Origin: a virus
IMG/VR virus record: IMGVR_UViG_3300025446_000004
Coordinates: 1-64,000 of that record
Length of the DNA: 64,000 nt
Direction: 5' to 3' (one strand)
Shown here in pieces: positions 10,020 to 19,474 of this stretch. The position numbers and the translations under genes are program-made. The notes beneath the pieces were generated by a model that ran no database searches, was not told where the DNA came from, and worked only from the letters and a program-made list of their open reading frames with translations. Every line of letters starts with the position of its first letter. Positions within the stretch are counted from its first letter, which is position 1.

Positions 10020-11132
10020 TTAGTTTGTATTCCATGCCCCGAACGGGTAGGCCGGGTTGATAGGATTAACAGCAATTCCAGTCTCCATAATGGACAGACC
10101 CGGATAGAAACCTACATCATCTTGCTCTTTGTCGGCCTGTTTGACAGACTTATCCAGAGCATCCAAAAATAACTGACGTTCCAATGTATACTTCGCACGT
10201 ACCCTAGCATCAGGGTTGCGACGATAGCACTCAGCAAAGAACCCCTGCTTAAAGAACGTAGCGAAATCATCCGGCACCGGTTCAAGATATTGAGTAATAG
10301 ATGTAAATCTAGGCGCTTTCCATTGACATACTGCCTGAATTAGCCAACAAATACCAGTTTGAGGAGGAATGGGATTCAATCTAAATGCCATACCAGACGG
10401 ATTGATTGCAGTCCATATACACGTACCATCAGTAACAGTGGTAGCGACCGTATTTGGACTTTGAAATGATGGATAAACAGGGGATGCGGGCCAAATAGGC
10501 TGCACACTGCCACACGTACCAAACTGTGTCAACACCCAAAGATTGCCGTTGGGGTCTTTGATGCACGTAGTAGCGTTGATTGGTTGATTTGGTATACCAA
10601 GGGGATTCGTATAAACTACATTCGGACCCGGATTCTGCAATCCGCTTGGATTAGTGCCTATAGATGTAACCGCACCGGATGGATTTAGAACAGTAGGACC
10701 AAGAGGGGCAGCACCCCACGTACCAGTCTGAGCCGTACTGTTTGGAATCCAGCAGAGCTTTCCCGGATAACCTGTCTGGTCATAGGTAATAAGAAGATCA
10801 CGATGAACTTCAAGTTGCTGCTTCTGTTTTGGAATGGATGTTTGATTGATGTTAGATGCCCATGCGCTCTCAATCCAACCAAGATTTACCAGTCCCGGTA
10901 TAAAGTTATCCTGTTGATAGCTGATAGTGGGAAACGCGGGGGCATTGAACCTATTCCACTTCCAATTATATGGAGCACCACCGGGACCACCATTAACCAT
11001 AGCTGACATTACATCAGTAGCTATAGACAATGCAGGGGCATCAGAGAGACCGCCCGTAGCAAGAGCAGGAGCAGTGTCACCCAAAGACTGAGCATCATCA
11101 ACTATATCTTGAAGTCTTATTGTGCTGTTCAT
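10020..11132 (-). CDS. Putative tail tubular/adaptor protein (paralogue of 8057..8992)
   Basis: PYNWKWNR vs PFEWYWNR, RLNPIP vs RVMPVP, EPVPDDF vs TPIPDEY. Confidence 0.6.
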   Translation of the reverse strand: MNSTIRLQDIVDDAQSLGDTAPALATGGLSDAPALSIATDVMSAMVNGGPGGAPYNWKWNRFNAPAFPTISYQQDNFIPGLVNLGWIESAWASNINQTSIPKQKQQLEVHRDLLITYDQTGYPGKLCWIPNSTAQTGTWGAAPLGPTVLNPSGAVTSIGTNPSGLQNPGPNVVYTNPLGIPNQPINATTCIKDPNGNLWVLTQFGTCGSVQPIWPASPVYPSFQSPNTVATTVTDGTCIWTAINPSGMAFRLNPIPPQTGICWLIQAVCQWKAPRFTSITQYLEPVPDDFATFFKQGFFAECYRRNPDARVRAKYTLERQLFLDALDKSVKQADKEQDDVGFYPGLSIMETGIAVNPINPAYPFGAWNTN

Positions 11133-11149
11133 CTACCAAACCTTTGTAC

Positions 11150-11190
11150 AAAAACGACAAAACTGGCCCCGATTTTTAGTTCAGGGCCAG
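11150..11190 (-). terminator. Rho-independent terminator
   Basis: CTGGCCC...GGGCCAG stem followed by T-rich tract on the minus strand. Confidence 0.55.
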
Positions 11191-11206
11191 CATCGGAAAC
11201 ACTATG

Positions 11207-11815
11207 TTACCGTAATGTCGAGTCTTTGGTTACCTCGCGGAAGTGTTGACCACCATCCGAGAAAGCAAACGTATAGGACGAAGAGGGAGAATTGTTTGTA
11301 GGCAACATCTTTGCTGCCTCATATTCCACCACAGCCTCCTGATACTTCACGTCGCTTGGGTACGAACTACGAACCGGCGGTTTCCATGTCTTGCCACAAC
11401 GCAAGCAACGAATCCACAAGTCTCCATTCAGCATACGATGCTTCATCAGGGCGAAGTACACTGACGTACCCTGACCAGTAATAACCTCATTCATACTGTT
11501 TCCACCTTTACGGTGGTTGCATCGTCCTTGCACTTGAGCTTGATCGCGCAGGGTAACGTTAATGGTTGCCCCATTCGTAGTCGCCAACTGACGAATATTA
11601 TGACGCCTCATCTGACGCTCAGCAAGGCGCTCATTAATATCCTCAAGATTGGCTTTCTTTTCAAGAAGCTCATAACGTTTTAATTCAAGATCAAGGGCCT
11701 GTGCCTCAATTTCATCTTTAGTAAGCGTTACCTTTGATACGGGCGCTTCCACAACAGCCTCAACCGCGCCCGTAGAAACCGGGGCGACAAGTTCGGCTAC
11801 ACTTTTACCTGACAT
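11207..11815 (-). CDS. Hypothetical coiled-coil/zinc-binding protein
   Basis: 202 aa; heptad region then CNH...CLRC; GGAGGA RBS. Confidence 0.7.
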   Translation of the reverse strand: MSGKSVAELVAPVSTGAVEAVVEAPVSKVTLTKDEIEAQALDLELKRYELLEKKANLEDINERLAERQMRRHNIRQLATTNGATINVTLRDQAQVQGRCNHRKGGNSMNEVITGQGTSVYFALMKHRMLNGDLWIRCLRCGKTWKPPVRSSYPSDVKYQEAVVEYEAAKMLPTNNSPSSSYTFAFSDGGQHFREVTKDSTLR

Positions 11816-11835
11816 TTTTCTCCTCCATATCCGGC

Positions 11836-12468
11836 TTAAACTGCCTTAGCCTGTCCATTCCTTATCGCATACAATGTGGCATTGTATCGGTTGGAAGCTG
11901 GTCCGCGTGCCGGTCCAAAAGTTTTTTCTGCCAATTCTTCTGTGATAAATCCTTTTAGGATCATCTGCAAAAGAACCGTTCTCCAACCCCTCCGTCGCGT
12001 ATTTACCACGACACCCCTTTCGTCAAAGTTAACAAATTCGTACTCTGGCATGATACCATTGATTTGTACCCATGCAGCTACTTTTTCTTCGCCATGATGA
12101 ATCACATACAAAGTAGCCTTATCGGGGTGAGGATGTTGACGATAATGACAACGTACACCAGCCTTGCGAAGCTTATTAATCAAGTCAGCATGACTCATTA
12201 ATATGCCAATCCTAGCATCATGGTCTTTATACTCATCCTCGCTCAACCACTGATACTCTTTGGCAACTTCCCTATTTATCTCACGCTGCTCCGCAAGTAG
12301 CTCCTTATTCTGATTTGAAGTTTCCTCTAGCTCATAACGCCTTTCGGCATATGCATTCACCGCAGACTCAAGCTCCGGTGATAACTTCAAATCCAACTCA
12401 GAAGCATATGTTTCCCAAGGTGCCTTTTCACTAAGACGTGTGCCTTGTCCCGTCATGTTTGGTTCCAC
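11836..12468 (-). CDS. Hypothetical protein
   Basis: 210 aa; AGGAGG RBS before GTG. Confidence 0.7.
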   Translation of the reverse strand: MEPNMTGQGTRLSEKAPWETYASELDLKLSPELESAVNAYAERRYELEETSNQNKELLAEQREINREVAKEYQWLSEDEYKDHDARIGILMSHADLINKLRKAGVRCHYRQHPHPDKATLYVIHHGEEKVAAWVQINGIMPEYEFVNFDERGVVVNTRRRGWRTVLLQMILKGFITEELAEKTFGPARGPASNRYNATLYAIRNGQAKAV

Positions 12469-12649
12469 GCCAACCTCCTTGGGCGAAACACATACGACAT
12501 ACTATAATGTTCGGCCAACTAACGTTGCACATAGTATGCCGTGGACCTGTTGCGCATTCATCCTAAAATGGACACAGGGCCAATAAAGGTAATATATTAC
12601 CCGTTAACATGGTAATCCACCTTATAACGGAAACATGTTACCTATAAAC

Positions 12650-12967
12650 TTATTCTGCGGTTACAGGTTGAGAGTTCGTGTGGCCTTCGATCTTATTGAG
12701 CTTTCTTACTGCCTCAATAGAACGCTCGATCATATAACTATAATCCTGTGGGCCGCAATCAAACTCGCCACTCCCCCACAGTTCCCCCATTGCCTGTTCT
12801 GCCGCAGGGTTAGTGTCACACAGGGCCAAGAATATTTCATCGGCCCGCTCATCTCCATGCCTGACACGTTTCCTCAAAAGACTAACGACACGACGCAGTA
12901 CGCGATTGTGTCTGCGTACCACGCCATGCTCGTCGTTTATTTCATCGAAACCTTTTTCATTGTCCAT
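12650..12967 (-). CDS. Hypothetical protein
   Basis: 105 aa; GGAGGAG RBS. Confidence 0.6.
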   Translation of the reverse strand: MDNEKGFDEINDEHGVVRRHNRVLRRVVSLLRKRVRHGDERADEIFLALCDTNPAAEQAMGELWGSGEFDCGPQDYSYMIERSIEAVRKLNKIEGHTNSQPVTAE

Positions 12968-12995
12968 TACACTCCTCCATATAATGTTAGTGAAG

Positions 12996-13886
12996 TTAGG
13001 CTACGACTTGTACATTGACTTCCGCGTAAATCTTGTTGCTAGGAAGCCCGTTCATTGGGTTAGTTACGCCGCCTGTCTGACCAGTGCTTACAATTGCAGG
13101 AGCAGAGTTGTCAAACGCAGGATACGATACCTCCACAACCGATTCACCCTCTGCAACCGCAGTCAAGAGACCTTTAGAGCTAACTGTAGCCGCCGCAGGA
13201 CTATACGACACATAGGTAAGAGAGTTACTCTGATCCTGTAATGTCGCCAGTGCCGCAGCCGTAACAGCCACGCCGTTAGCGTTCTCAAGGGTAAGACGAG
13301 TAGTTGAAGATGCCGTGCAAATATACGTACCATTGCTGGCCGTATACGGTGCCACAAATCCGGTCACTGTATATGTTTTTCCTGCAAGTGCATTAGTAGC
13401 ACCGTTTGGAAACACACCAATGTAAACCGTTGCACCACCCGAAGCAGCGCCCGTAGTACCGGTAAGTATAAACTGTTGCTCTGCCGTCGCAGCCTTAGTC
13501 TCAGCCACGCTACTAGAATTATTAGTCGTGATAGACGTAGTGCTAGACGCCGAAACAGAAAACGTACCGTTATTTTCCGCCGTAGAAAAACCAGCGACAA
13601 CAACTTGTGTACCAACAAGACCGCTAGACCCACCATCAGGGAATGTACCGGCATAAACACCGTTACCAGTTCCAGCAGAACTTAGAGCATACACAGTACC
13701 AAGAGCAAGCTCGTTACCAGATGCATCCTTAAGATTAGGATCAAGTTGATAAGTCTCTGGATAACCACCAGCAGCCGTTAGAGACAAAACAACGTTATTA
13801 TAACCCGGAGTAACTACACCAGCATTAACGTTTCCTGCAACTGCAATCTTCGCGGCAACTCCCAAACCATCAGTTTGTTGTGCCAT
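12996..13886 (-). CDS. Putative capsid decoration protein with Ig-like (Big_2-type) C-terminus
   Basis: Directly after the capsid gene; YSPAAATVSSKGLLTAVAEGESVVEVSY Ig-like motif; two internal repeats. Confidence 0.65.
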   Translation of the reverse strand: MAQQTDGLGVAAKIAVAGNVNAGVVTPGYNNVVLSLTAAGGYPETYQLDPNLKDASGNELALGTVYALSSAGTGNGVYAGTFPDGGSSGLVGTQVVVAGFSTAENNGTFSVSASSTTSITTNNSSSVAETKAATAEQQFILTGTTGAASGGATVYIGVFPNGATNALAGKTYTVTGFVAPYTASNGTYICTASSTTRLTLENANGVAVTAAALATLQDQSNSLTYVSYSPAAATVSSKGLLTAVAEGESVVEVSYPAFDNSAPAIVSTGQTGGVTNPMNGLPSNKIYAEVNVQVVA

Positions 13887-13962
13887 TTATTTCTCCTTTA
13901 CGCAGCGTAGAACCGACGCGAGAGGCTAAGCCCTTACGCGCCGGTCTACTCTGTTTGATTGC

Positions 13963-15578
13963 TTACGAAATTGCCGAAGCTGCGTCAATTTCACGAATAC
14001 GAACCGTAGTATCCGGTCCAAGGCTGGTCGTAAAGTGGACCTTGTAAGAAGTCCATCCGGGGATCAAACCTTCGGGATCGGCAACAGTCGGCTCAGCATT
14101 CTGCACGATGTTACAGTTGATGTTCTGCCACTCACCATCACCAAACTCGGTATCACCTTGAGCACCAAGCTTAATGCTGAAAATGCCATCGCGTCCGAAA
14201 ATGTAGGTACGCAGCGCATACAGACCAGTAATGGCACCATGAGTCCCGTCATTGTAATTCGGGGTAATGGTAACCTGATTGGTCTGGAAGAACTGAACAC
14301 CGGAACCCGGAAGCTCAATCATTTCAGTCAAGTCAGTAGACACCAAATCTTCCATTCGAGCAAGACCCACAGGGGTATGCTTCAAAATGTCGATAGGCGA
14401 ATCATTTGTCGAGTCTGACACAACATCACCAACAGCGAATGGGTGGATCACACCACAAAACATCTTTGATGCTTCGTCAAACGGACGGACAGAACGACCA
14501 GCAAGGCTCTGAACAGCATTACGGATAGCGTTAAGGCTAAGAGTCGTAAAGCTCGAAGTGCTAGTAGCGGGCAACTTCACCAACACGCTTGAATCAACAG
14601 CAGAAGCGCCATCAGCAGTTGCACGAACCAGACCACTCAGCGACTCACCAAGACGATACGACATTTCACGGGCAACGTTCTCAACCGTATTGTCAATAGC
14701 CGTAGCCAGAGACAGCGAAGAGAAGTTCGCGTAATCAGCGTATTCACCGATGGTTGCAGTCGTATTCAGGACGGACACAGAAATCGAAGTGCCCACAGTA
14801 CCTTCCGTAGTCTGAGTGGTATTAGCAATCAGCGGAACATACATGAACATCTCGTACTGGTTACCGGCATTCCTTGGCAAGTCCAGACGTTCGGAACAAG
14901 CCACGAACGGAGTCTGAGCTTTCAGGTTCTCACGAAATTTCTTCAACAATGTTATTGCCCGAAACTCGGACAAAGCTAGACATTTCTGCTAACTTCATAC
15001 AGTTTTCATTCCTGTATGATCGGACTATCGCATCGCGTATCGTGAAGATTAAGATATGCATATATCTTTTCCAACAATGTTGGATGATTCTCCACTACAC
15101 CAACCAGTATATTGCAATACCAATGAACAAGTCCGCGAACTTTTTCAGAAACATGGTCATGATCCACTTGACAATTTCTGTCAAACACATCGGCCATTGG
15201 TTCGCCGCACACTGCACACAAACTTTTTTGGTCTGCATACATTTTTTCCTTGTCCGCAATCGTTATCCCATACTTGCGCTCAAGGTGTGCCGGTGCATCT
15301 CTGTGTGCATCACGGTACTTTTTGGCATACTTACGCATCTTAACCCGATTGCGTTTACGCCAATCCGCTTGATATTGTTTTATCTGTTCTGGTGTTCTTG
15401 TTTTACGCGCCATCTCATTTAGTCTCTCAGCGTGCCTTTCGGCTTCGCCCTTGTTGGCATTTCAGCTTTCAAGTCAATTAGAGGCAGTTTTACTACGACA
15501 AGATTATCGTTTATCGTAGAACTTGACAGTAGACTGCGGAAGTTGGGCTTGGCCGTTTCCAGCAGGAGTATATGCCAT
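13963..15578 (-). CDS. Major capsid protein (N4-gp56-like), spliced: exon 1 15513-15578, exon 2 13963-14943, 348 aa
   Basis: Joined frame MAYTPAGNGQAQLPQSTVKFYD|KKFRENLKAQ...LPRNAG...EG...EYADY...GVIHP; RBS GAGG before 15578; follows portal and scaffold. Confidence 0.85.
14944..15512 (-). mobile_element. Group I self-splicing intron (569 nt)
   Basis: 5' exon ends in U (CUACGAU) pairing with IGS GUCGUAG via U.G wobble; P7 elements GAGACUA and GAUAGUCC; terminal G at 14944; removal restores the frame. Confidence 0.9.
15006..15413 (-). CDS. Intron-encoded endonuclease VII-family homing endonuclease
   Basis: CAVC...VDHDHVSEKVRGLVHWYCN; starts between the two P7 strands and runs into the 3' core. 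Confidence 0.85.
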   Translation of the reverse strand: MARKTRTPEQIKQYQADWRKRNRVKMRKYAKKYRDAHRDAPAHLERKYGITIADKEKMYADQKSLCAVCGEPMADVFDRNCQVDHDHVSEKVRGLVHWYCNILVGVVENHPTLLEKIYAYLNLHDTRCDSPIIQE

Positions 15579-15836
15579 TTGTGAATTTCCTCACACACAG
15601 GTACGCCTTAACCTTCTCCTACTCCCATAAGATAGGTAGCGTTACCGCCCTCTATGTGTGCGGCCCGTAAAGTAGTAATCCGACTACATTCGTAACCGTT
15701 TCGATCAGGGATTTGACCGAGTGTGCCTCTCACATAATTAGGGAATGCCGTACAGTAATCCGACTGCCGAATCATTCAAATCTTTCCCGATTCCCTAAAG
15801 AATCTGGACCACTATATAAATATAGTGGGATGAAAC

Positions 15837-16904
15837 TTATTGTTGGGCTTGCGCCCTCGCACGCCTACGAGACTCAGCCTCTTGTTCAAGCCTTGCCTCA
15901 AGCGCGACATTCTTTGGATCGCTCAAAATCCATCTACGGTATACTTCGGACGGCATGGCATTGATTGCCGACAATCCTTTGTATAACTTTTTCTCACCAC
16001 GCACCAAAACCTCATAAACAACTTCGTCATCAGAGGGTTTAATGGGCGCAGATGAATCAGAGTTTTCACGATTGAATCCAGTAGGAATATGAGCAGTACC
16101 CGGCGTAAGATCGGGAGTCTGTTCTACCACTGGTGCTGGTACTGGTGCCGCTTGCACAACAGGCTCAACAACAGGAACCGCTTGCACCGGTACAACAGGA
16201 ACCGCCTGCACTGGACGCTCATCTTCAGGAACATCCGTATAACTCACAACCAAAACACCAGACTTTTTCAACGTGTCATAAGCCAGTTGAAAATTCTCCC
16301 TTGTTGGAGCCAAATCGTAACGCACCATCCAACTTGTAATAGCCTCAAAATTGCCATTACACTTAACATAATCTGGATTGGCAGCTACAAACGCATCAGA
16401 CTCAATCTTGGCAAGAATACGAATATTCGTGCCCTGCACTTCTGCAAGAGTCTTTATAATCTTCTCAGGCTGCACACCAAATTTAGCAGTAACCAGTGCA
16501 TCACTAGCTTCGTCAAACTTTTCAGGGTCTAGCAAATCACGAGAAATCTGTATTCTCTGCTCATCAGTAAGAGTAACCGGCTTAAATGAAATAGGTTCAG
16601 CAAACTTAGCAGACTCGGCAGGAATTTCATCAGCTTCCGCAGTTCCAAGACGATTCTGGCGCGTAACAGAGCGCAACTTTCTAACCAAAAGCGTGTTCTG
16701 TTCCGCCAACTTATCTGCCAACTCTTCAGAAGTCCTATACTTGATAACCTGCTTTGCTCCGAGTGGTCTGCCTTCCTCATCTTTAGGCTGATAAACATAC
16801 CGAAGTTCAGGAAGCTCAACTGGTGCAACAGCAACGGTCTCGGCCACTACAGGCACCTGTGATTCACCGTCCTGTACGGCGTTATTATCTACGTTCTCTG
16901 CCAT
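15837..16904 (-). CDS. Putative capsid scaffolding protein
   Basis: 355 aa, acidic, Pro/Val low-complexity linker, located between portal and capsid. Confidence 0.6.
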   Translation of the reverse strand: MAENVDNNAVQDGESQVPVVAETVAVAPVELPELRYVYQPKDEEGRPLGAKQVIKYRTSEELADKLAEQNTLLVRKLRSVTRQNRLGTAEADEIPAESAKFAEPISFKPVTLTDEQRIQISRDLLDPEKFDEASDALVTAKFGVQPEKIIKTLAEVQGTNIRILAKIESDAFVAANPDYVKCNGNFEAITSWMVRYDLAPTRENFQLAYDTLKKSGVLVVSYTDVPEDERPVQAVPVVPVQAVPVVEPVVQAAPVPAPVVEQTPDLTPGTAHIPTGFNRENSDSSAPIKPSDDEVVYEVLVRGEKKLYKGLSAINAMPSEVYRRWILSDPKNVALEARLEQEAESRRRARAQAQQ

Positions 16905-17305
16905 TAAACTCCTCCTTCAATAAGCAGATCAAGTGATTCGTCACGTTCCACGTCATCTGGTGTACTAGGACGCTCACCAATATCCAACACGCCCTCAGTG
17001 TCGTCTGAGGGAGTATTAGACTTATGTTGTGCCATATACTCTTTATACGTCGCTATTTCAGAGTTCACATGATTGACCAGTGACGTAAACAATTGCGCAG
17101 CTACCTTACTCATCAAAAAACGCGCAAAAAGTAAGTCTTTGTCGTTTTCTGGCGTGTTTAACAAATAAGTAGTGTAACCATCAACTACAGATTTGAAAAT
17201 CTTATTGAAAACTACTTGACCGGGAGTTGTAATAGTTTGCATCAACTGTGCCCGTTCATCGTCTGTCAATGTGATTTCTGGAAAATATGCTTTCTCGTCC
17301 TGCAT
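16904..17305 (-). CDS. Hypothetical head-assembly protein
   Basis: 133 aa helical protein directly after the portal. Confidence 0.6.
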   Translation of the reverse strand: MQDEKAYFPEITLTDDERAQLMQTITTPGQVVFNKIFKSVVDGYTTYLLNTPENDKDLLFARFLMSKVAAQLFTSLVNHVNSEIATYKEYMAQHKSNTPSDDTEGVLDIGERPSTPDDVERDESLDLLIEGGV

Positions 17306-17333
17306 TTAACCTTTCCCTCCTCCGGTCAAATGA

Positions 17334-19466
17334 TTAGACCACTGAGGGCATCATACCCTCAAGTCCACCCGTAGATGGAACGCCCTCAGTAGCTTCGCTC
17401 ATTGAACTATCCCTGAATGAAGCTACAACAAGGTCGCGTTTAATTCTATCGTCAGCCGACTGCTGCTGTAAAGCAGACTTCTGTAAGAATTTCTGCTGAT
17501 TACTCTGAGCAGTGATAGCCGCTTTAGATTGCGCTTGGGCCGCTTGGGACTTCTGTTGCCTACGTTGCAACATTTCAGGCGTAAGCGGCTTGAGAATGTC
17601 TTGCTTATTTTTCCACTCAGTCGCTTCCATCCACATACTAAAGATCGGTTTGAAATCAATGTACTCGCCGTTAATGTCAGCCAGATTTTCCTGCACACCC
17701 GGATTCTCAAGAAACTGAGTAATCAACATCATTGACTGTGCCATGGTGCGCTTTGCCGCAAGGCTTGCACCAGCAAGAATCTCATACTCAACACGACCGT
17801 CATGGAATTCCTTAAAGTTGAGTTCATAATCCTTGCCCATTTCATCGCCAAGAATATTGAAAATCTCGGCATCAGAGAGATAGCAAAAAATCAAACCATC
17901 AAGAATATACATGAATGGCAAAAACACTTGGTCTATAAAATTATCTAACGGTCCATCCAAGCGAGTCGCACTAGCATTCGCCAGAATGCCAGCACCACCA
18001 GCAGTGCGGCCCATGCCGTTTCTAGGCCCGGCTGTTGATCCTTGCACAAGTGCTTGATCGGCACCAGAGGAACTTTCTGTTGCTTTCTCGGATTCTCCTA
18101 GTGCTTGCCAAATGCCATCCGGCACCTTTGGTGTCTCAAGTAACTTGTAAACCTTCGACAAATCTCCATCAGAAGGAGCATCTACCGTAAAAATCTTGCC
18201 GATACTTGTACGCATCATTTGCGTCGGTGCGTTTGAATCTCTCCTACGAAGATACACAGGGTTAATACCAAATGACAGAATTTTAAGAATAGAGTTAATT
18301 GTACCTTGGTCAACTCTTTGATTCTGTCCAACAATCAACCCAAGACCCATGCCATAAAACGCCCTTGATCTATTCCACCAATTTGCAGAAAGAAACGGAA
18401 CCTTTTTGAACTCATTATCGCCCGAGTACATAACGTGCTCTCTACTCAGAACGAAAATCTTGCGTCCCTTATCCCAATACTCAAGTAACTCTTTCTTGGT
18501 TGCCAGCATATCAGGAGTAGCCTGTACATTGGCGTCTTGAGCATGGTGAACAAACCCCTTCGCTTCGGCTGCTAACTCGACTGCCAGAGGCGCTGCCGTG
18601 GAATTCTGGTTAGGTGGAAACCACCACGACATAAGACCCTTTTCGTCCATCGGGAATCTCCAACCTTTACGGTCAGGATGATCTTCCGGTAATTCAGCGA
18701 GAGCCTTACGAATTTTATCAATGTCGTAAAAATCTACATAACGCACGTCAATTACATACCGTGCGTGACGAATGTCACCAATATAAGTTTTAGGATCAAC
18801 CAGCACCTTATCCAAAGGACGCGACTCAAAAAACGGTCTCGGCACTATGCGCGTTTTTCTGATTAACTTTGGCGGCGTATCCTTGTGAACGGTAACTTGT
18901 TCGGCAGGTGCTCCGGGAGCAGTATTACCAGTGGACGCAATAGCGGAATCTGGCTCTCTAGTTATAGTCTCTATTTCTTTATAATCAATACCCCACTTCC
19001 AAATACCTGTTCCAAACAAACCCATACACTCAAGCCCGGCGCGAACCTCAGCCTTAAAGTTGCACTCATCGAGCAACACGGATGCAAGCGTTTTCTTGGC
19101 ATCCACCACTTTCTGAGAAGTTCCCGGACGAGGGCGCGGCAGAAAAGGAGGGTCAGTATAAAAAAGACCCTTGTACAACTGCGGCACCACGGCGTTCAAA
19201 ACCTTGGCTACTGTGAATCGCTGCACATTAGGCTCAAGGATATAAGTATTTTCATATACCGTCAAAGGACGGGGCGACTGATAAAGCAAATCGGCATCAC
19301 GCCAAAGCAGGTTCCACTGCTTATTCGTAATGAATGACTCTGCCCTACGGGCAGCGCCCGTAACCAAAGCTAGGTCGGCGTCAAATGTCTTTAGGACCGC
19401 ACCGGGACCGTAGTCTTGGGGTGTTAATGACCGACCTTCGTTACCATCTTTTACCAAATCTGCCAT
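17334..19466 (-). CDS. Portal protein (podovirus-like)
   Basis: 710 aa after terminase; FGTGIWKWG, FYGMGLG, RTAGG motifs; Q/A-rich C-terminal helix. Confidence 0.8.
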   Translation of the reverse strand: MADLVKDGNEGRSLTPQDYGPGAVLKTFDADLALVTGAARRAESFITNKQWNLLWRDADLLYQSPRPLTVYENTYILEPNVQRFTVAKVLNAVVPQLYKGLFYTDPPFLPRPRPGTSQKVVDAKKTLASVLLDECNFKAEVRAGLECMGLFGTGIWKWGIDYKEIETITREPDSAIASTGNTAPGAPAEQVTVHKDTPPKLIRKTRIVPRPFFESRPLDKVLVDPKTYIGDIRHARYVIDVRYVDFYDIDKIRKALAELPEDHPDRKGWRFPMDEKGLMSWWFPPNQNSTAAPLAVELAAEAKGFVHHAQDANVQATPDMLATKKELLEYWDKGRKIFVLSREHVMYSGDNEFKKVPFLSANWWNRSRAFYGMGLGLIVGQNQRVDQGTINSILKILSFGINPVYLRRRDSNAPTQMMRTSIGKIFTVDAPSDGDLSKVYKLLETPKVPDGIWQALGESEKATESSSGADQALVQGSTAGPRNGMGRTAGGAGILANASATRLDGPLDNFIDQVFLPFMYILDGLIFCYLSDAEIFNILGDEMGKDYELNFKEFHDGRVEYEILAGASLAAKRTMAQSMMLITQFLENPGVQENLADINGEYIDFKPIFSMWMEATEWKNKQDILKPLTPEMLQRRQQKSQAAQAQSKAAITAQSNQQKFLQKSALQQQSADDRIKRDLVVASFRDSSMSEATEGVPSTGGLEGMMPSVV

Positions 19467-19474
19467 TTAGCTTC

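Noticed and set aside
14944-14973. ORF-track start of the capsid protein at 14973
   Set aside because: Lies inside the intron 3' end; the spliced start at 15578 has an RBS and restores the frame
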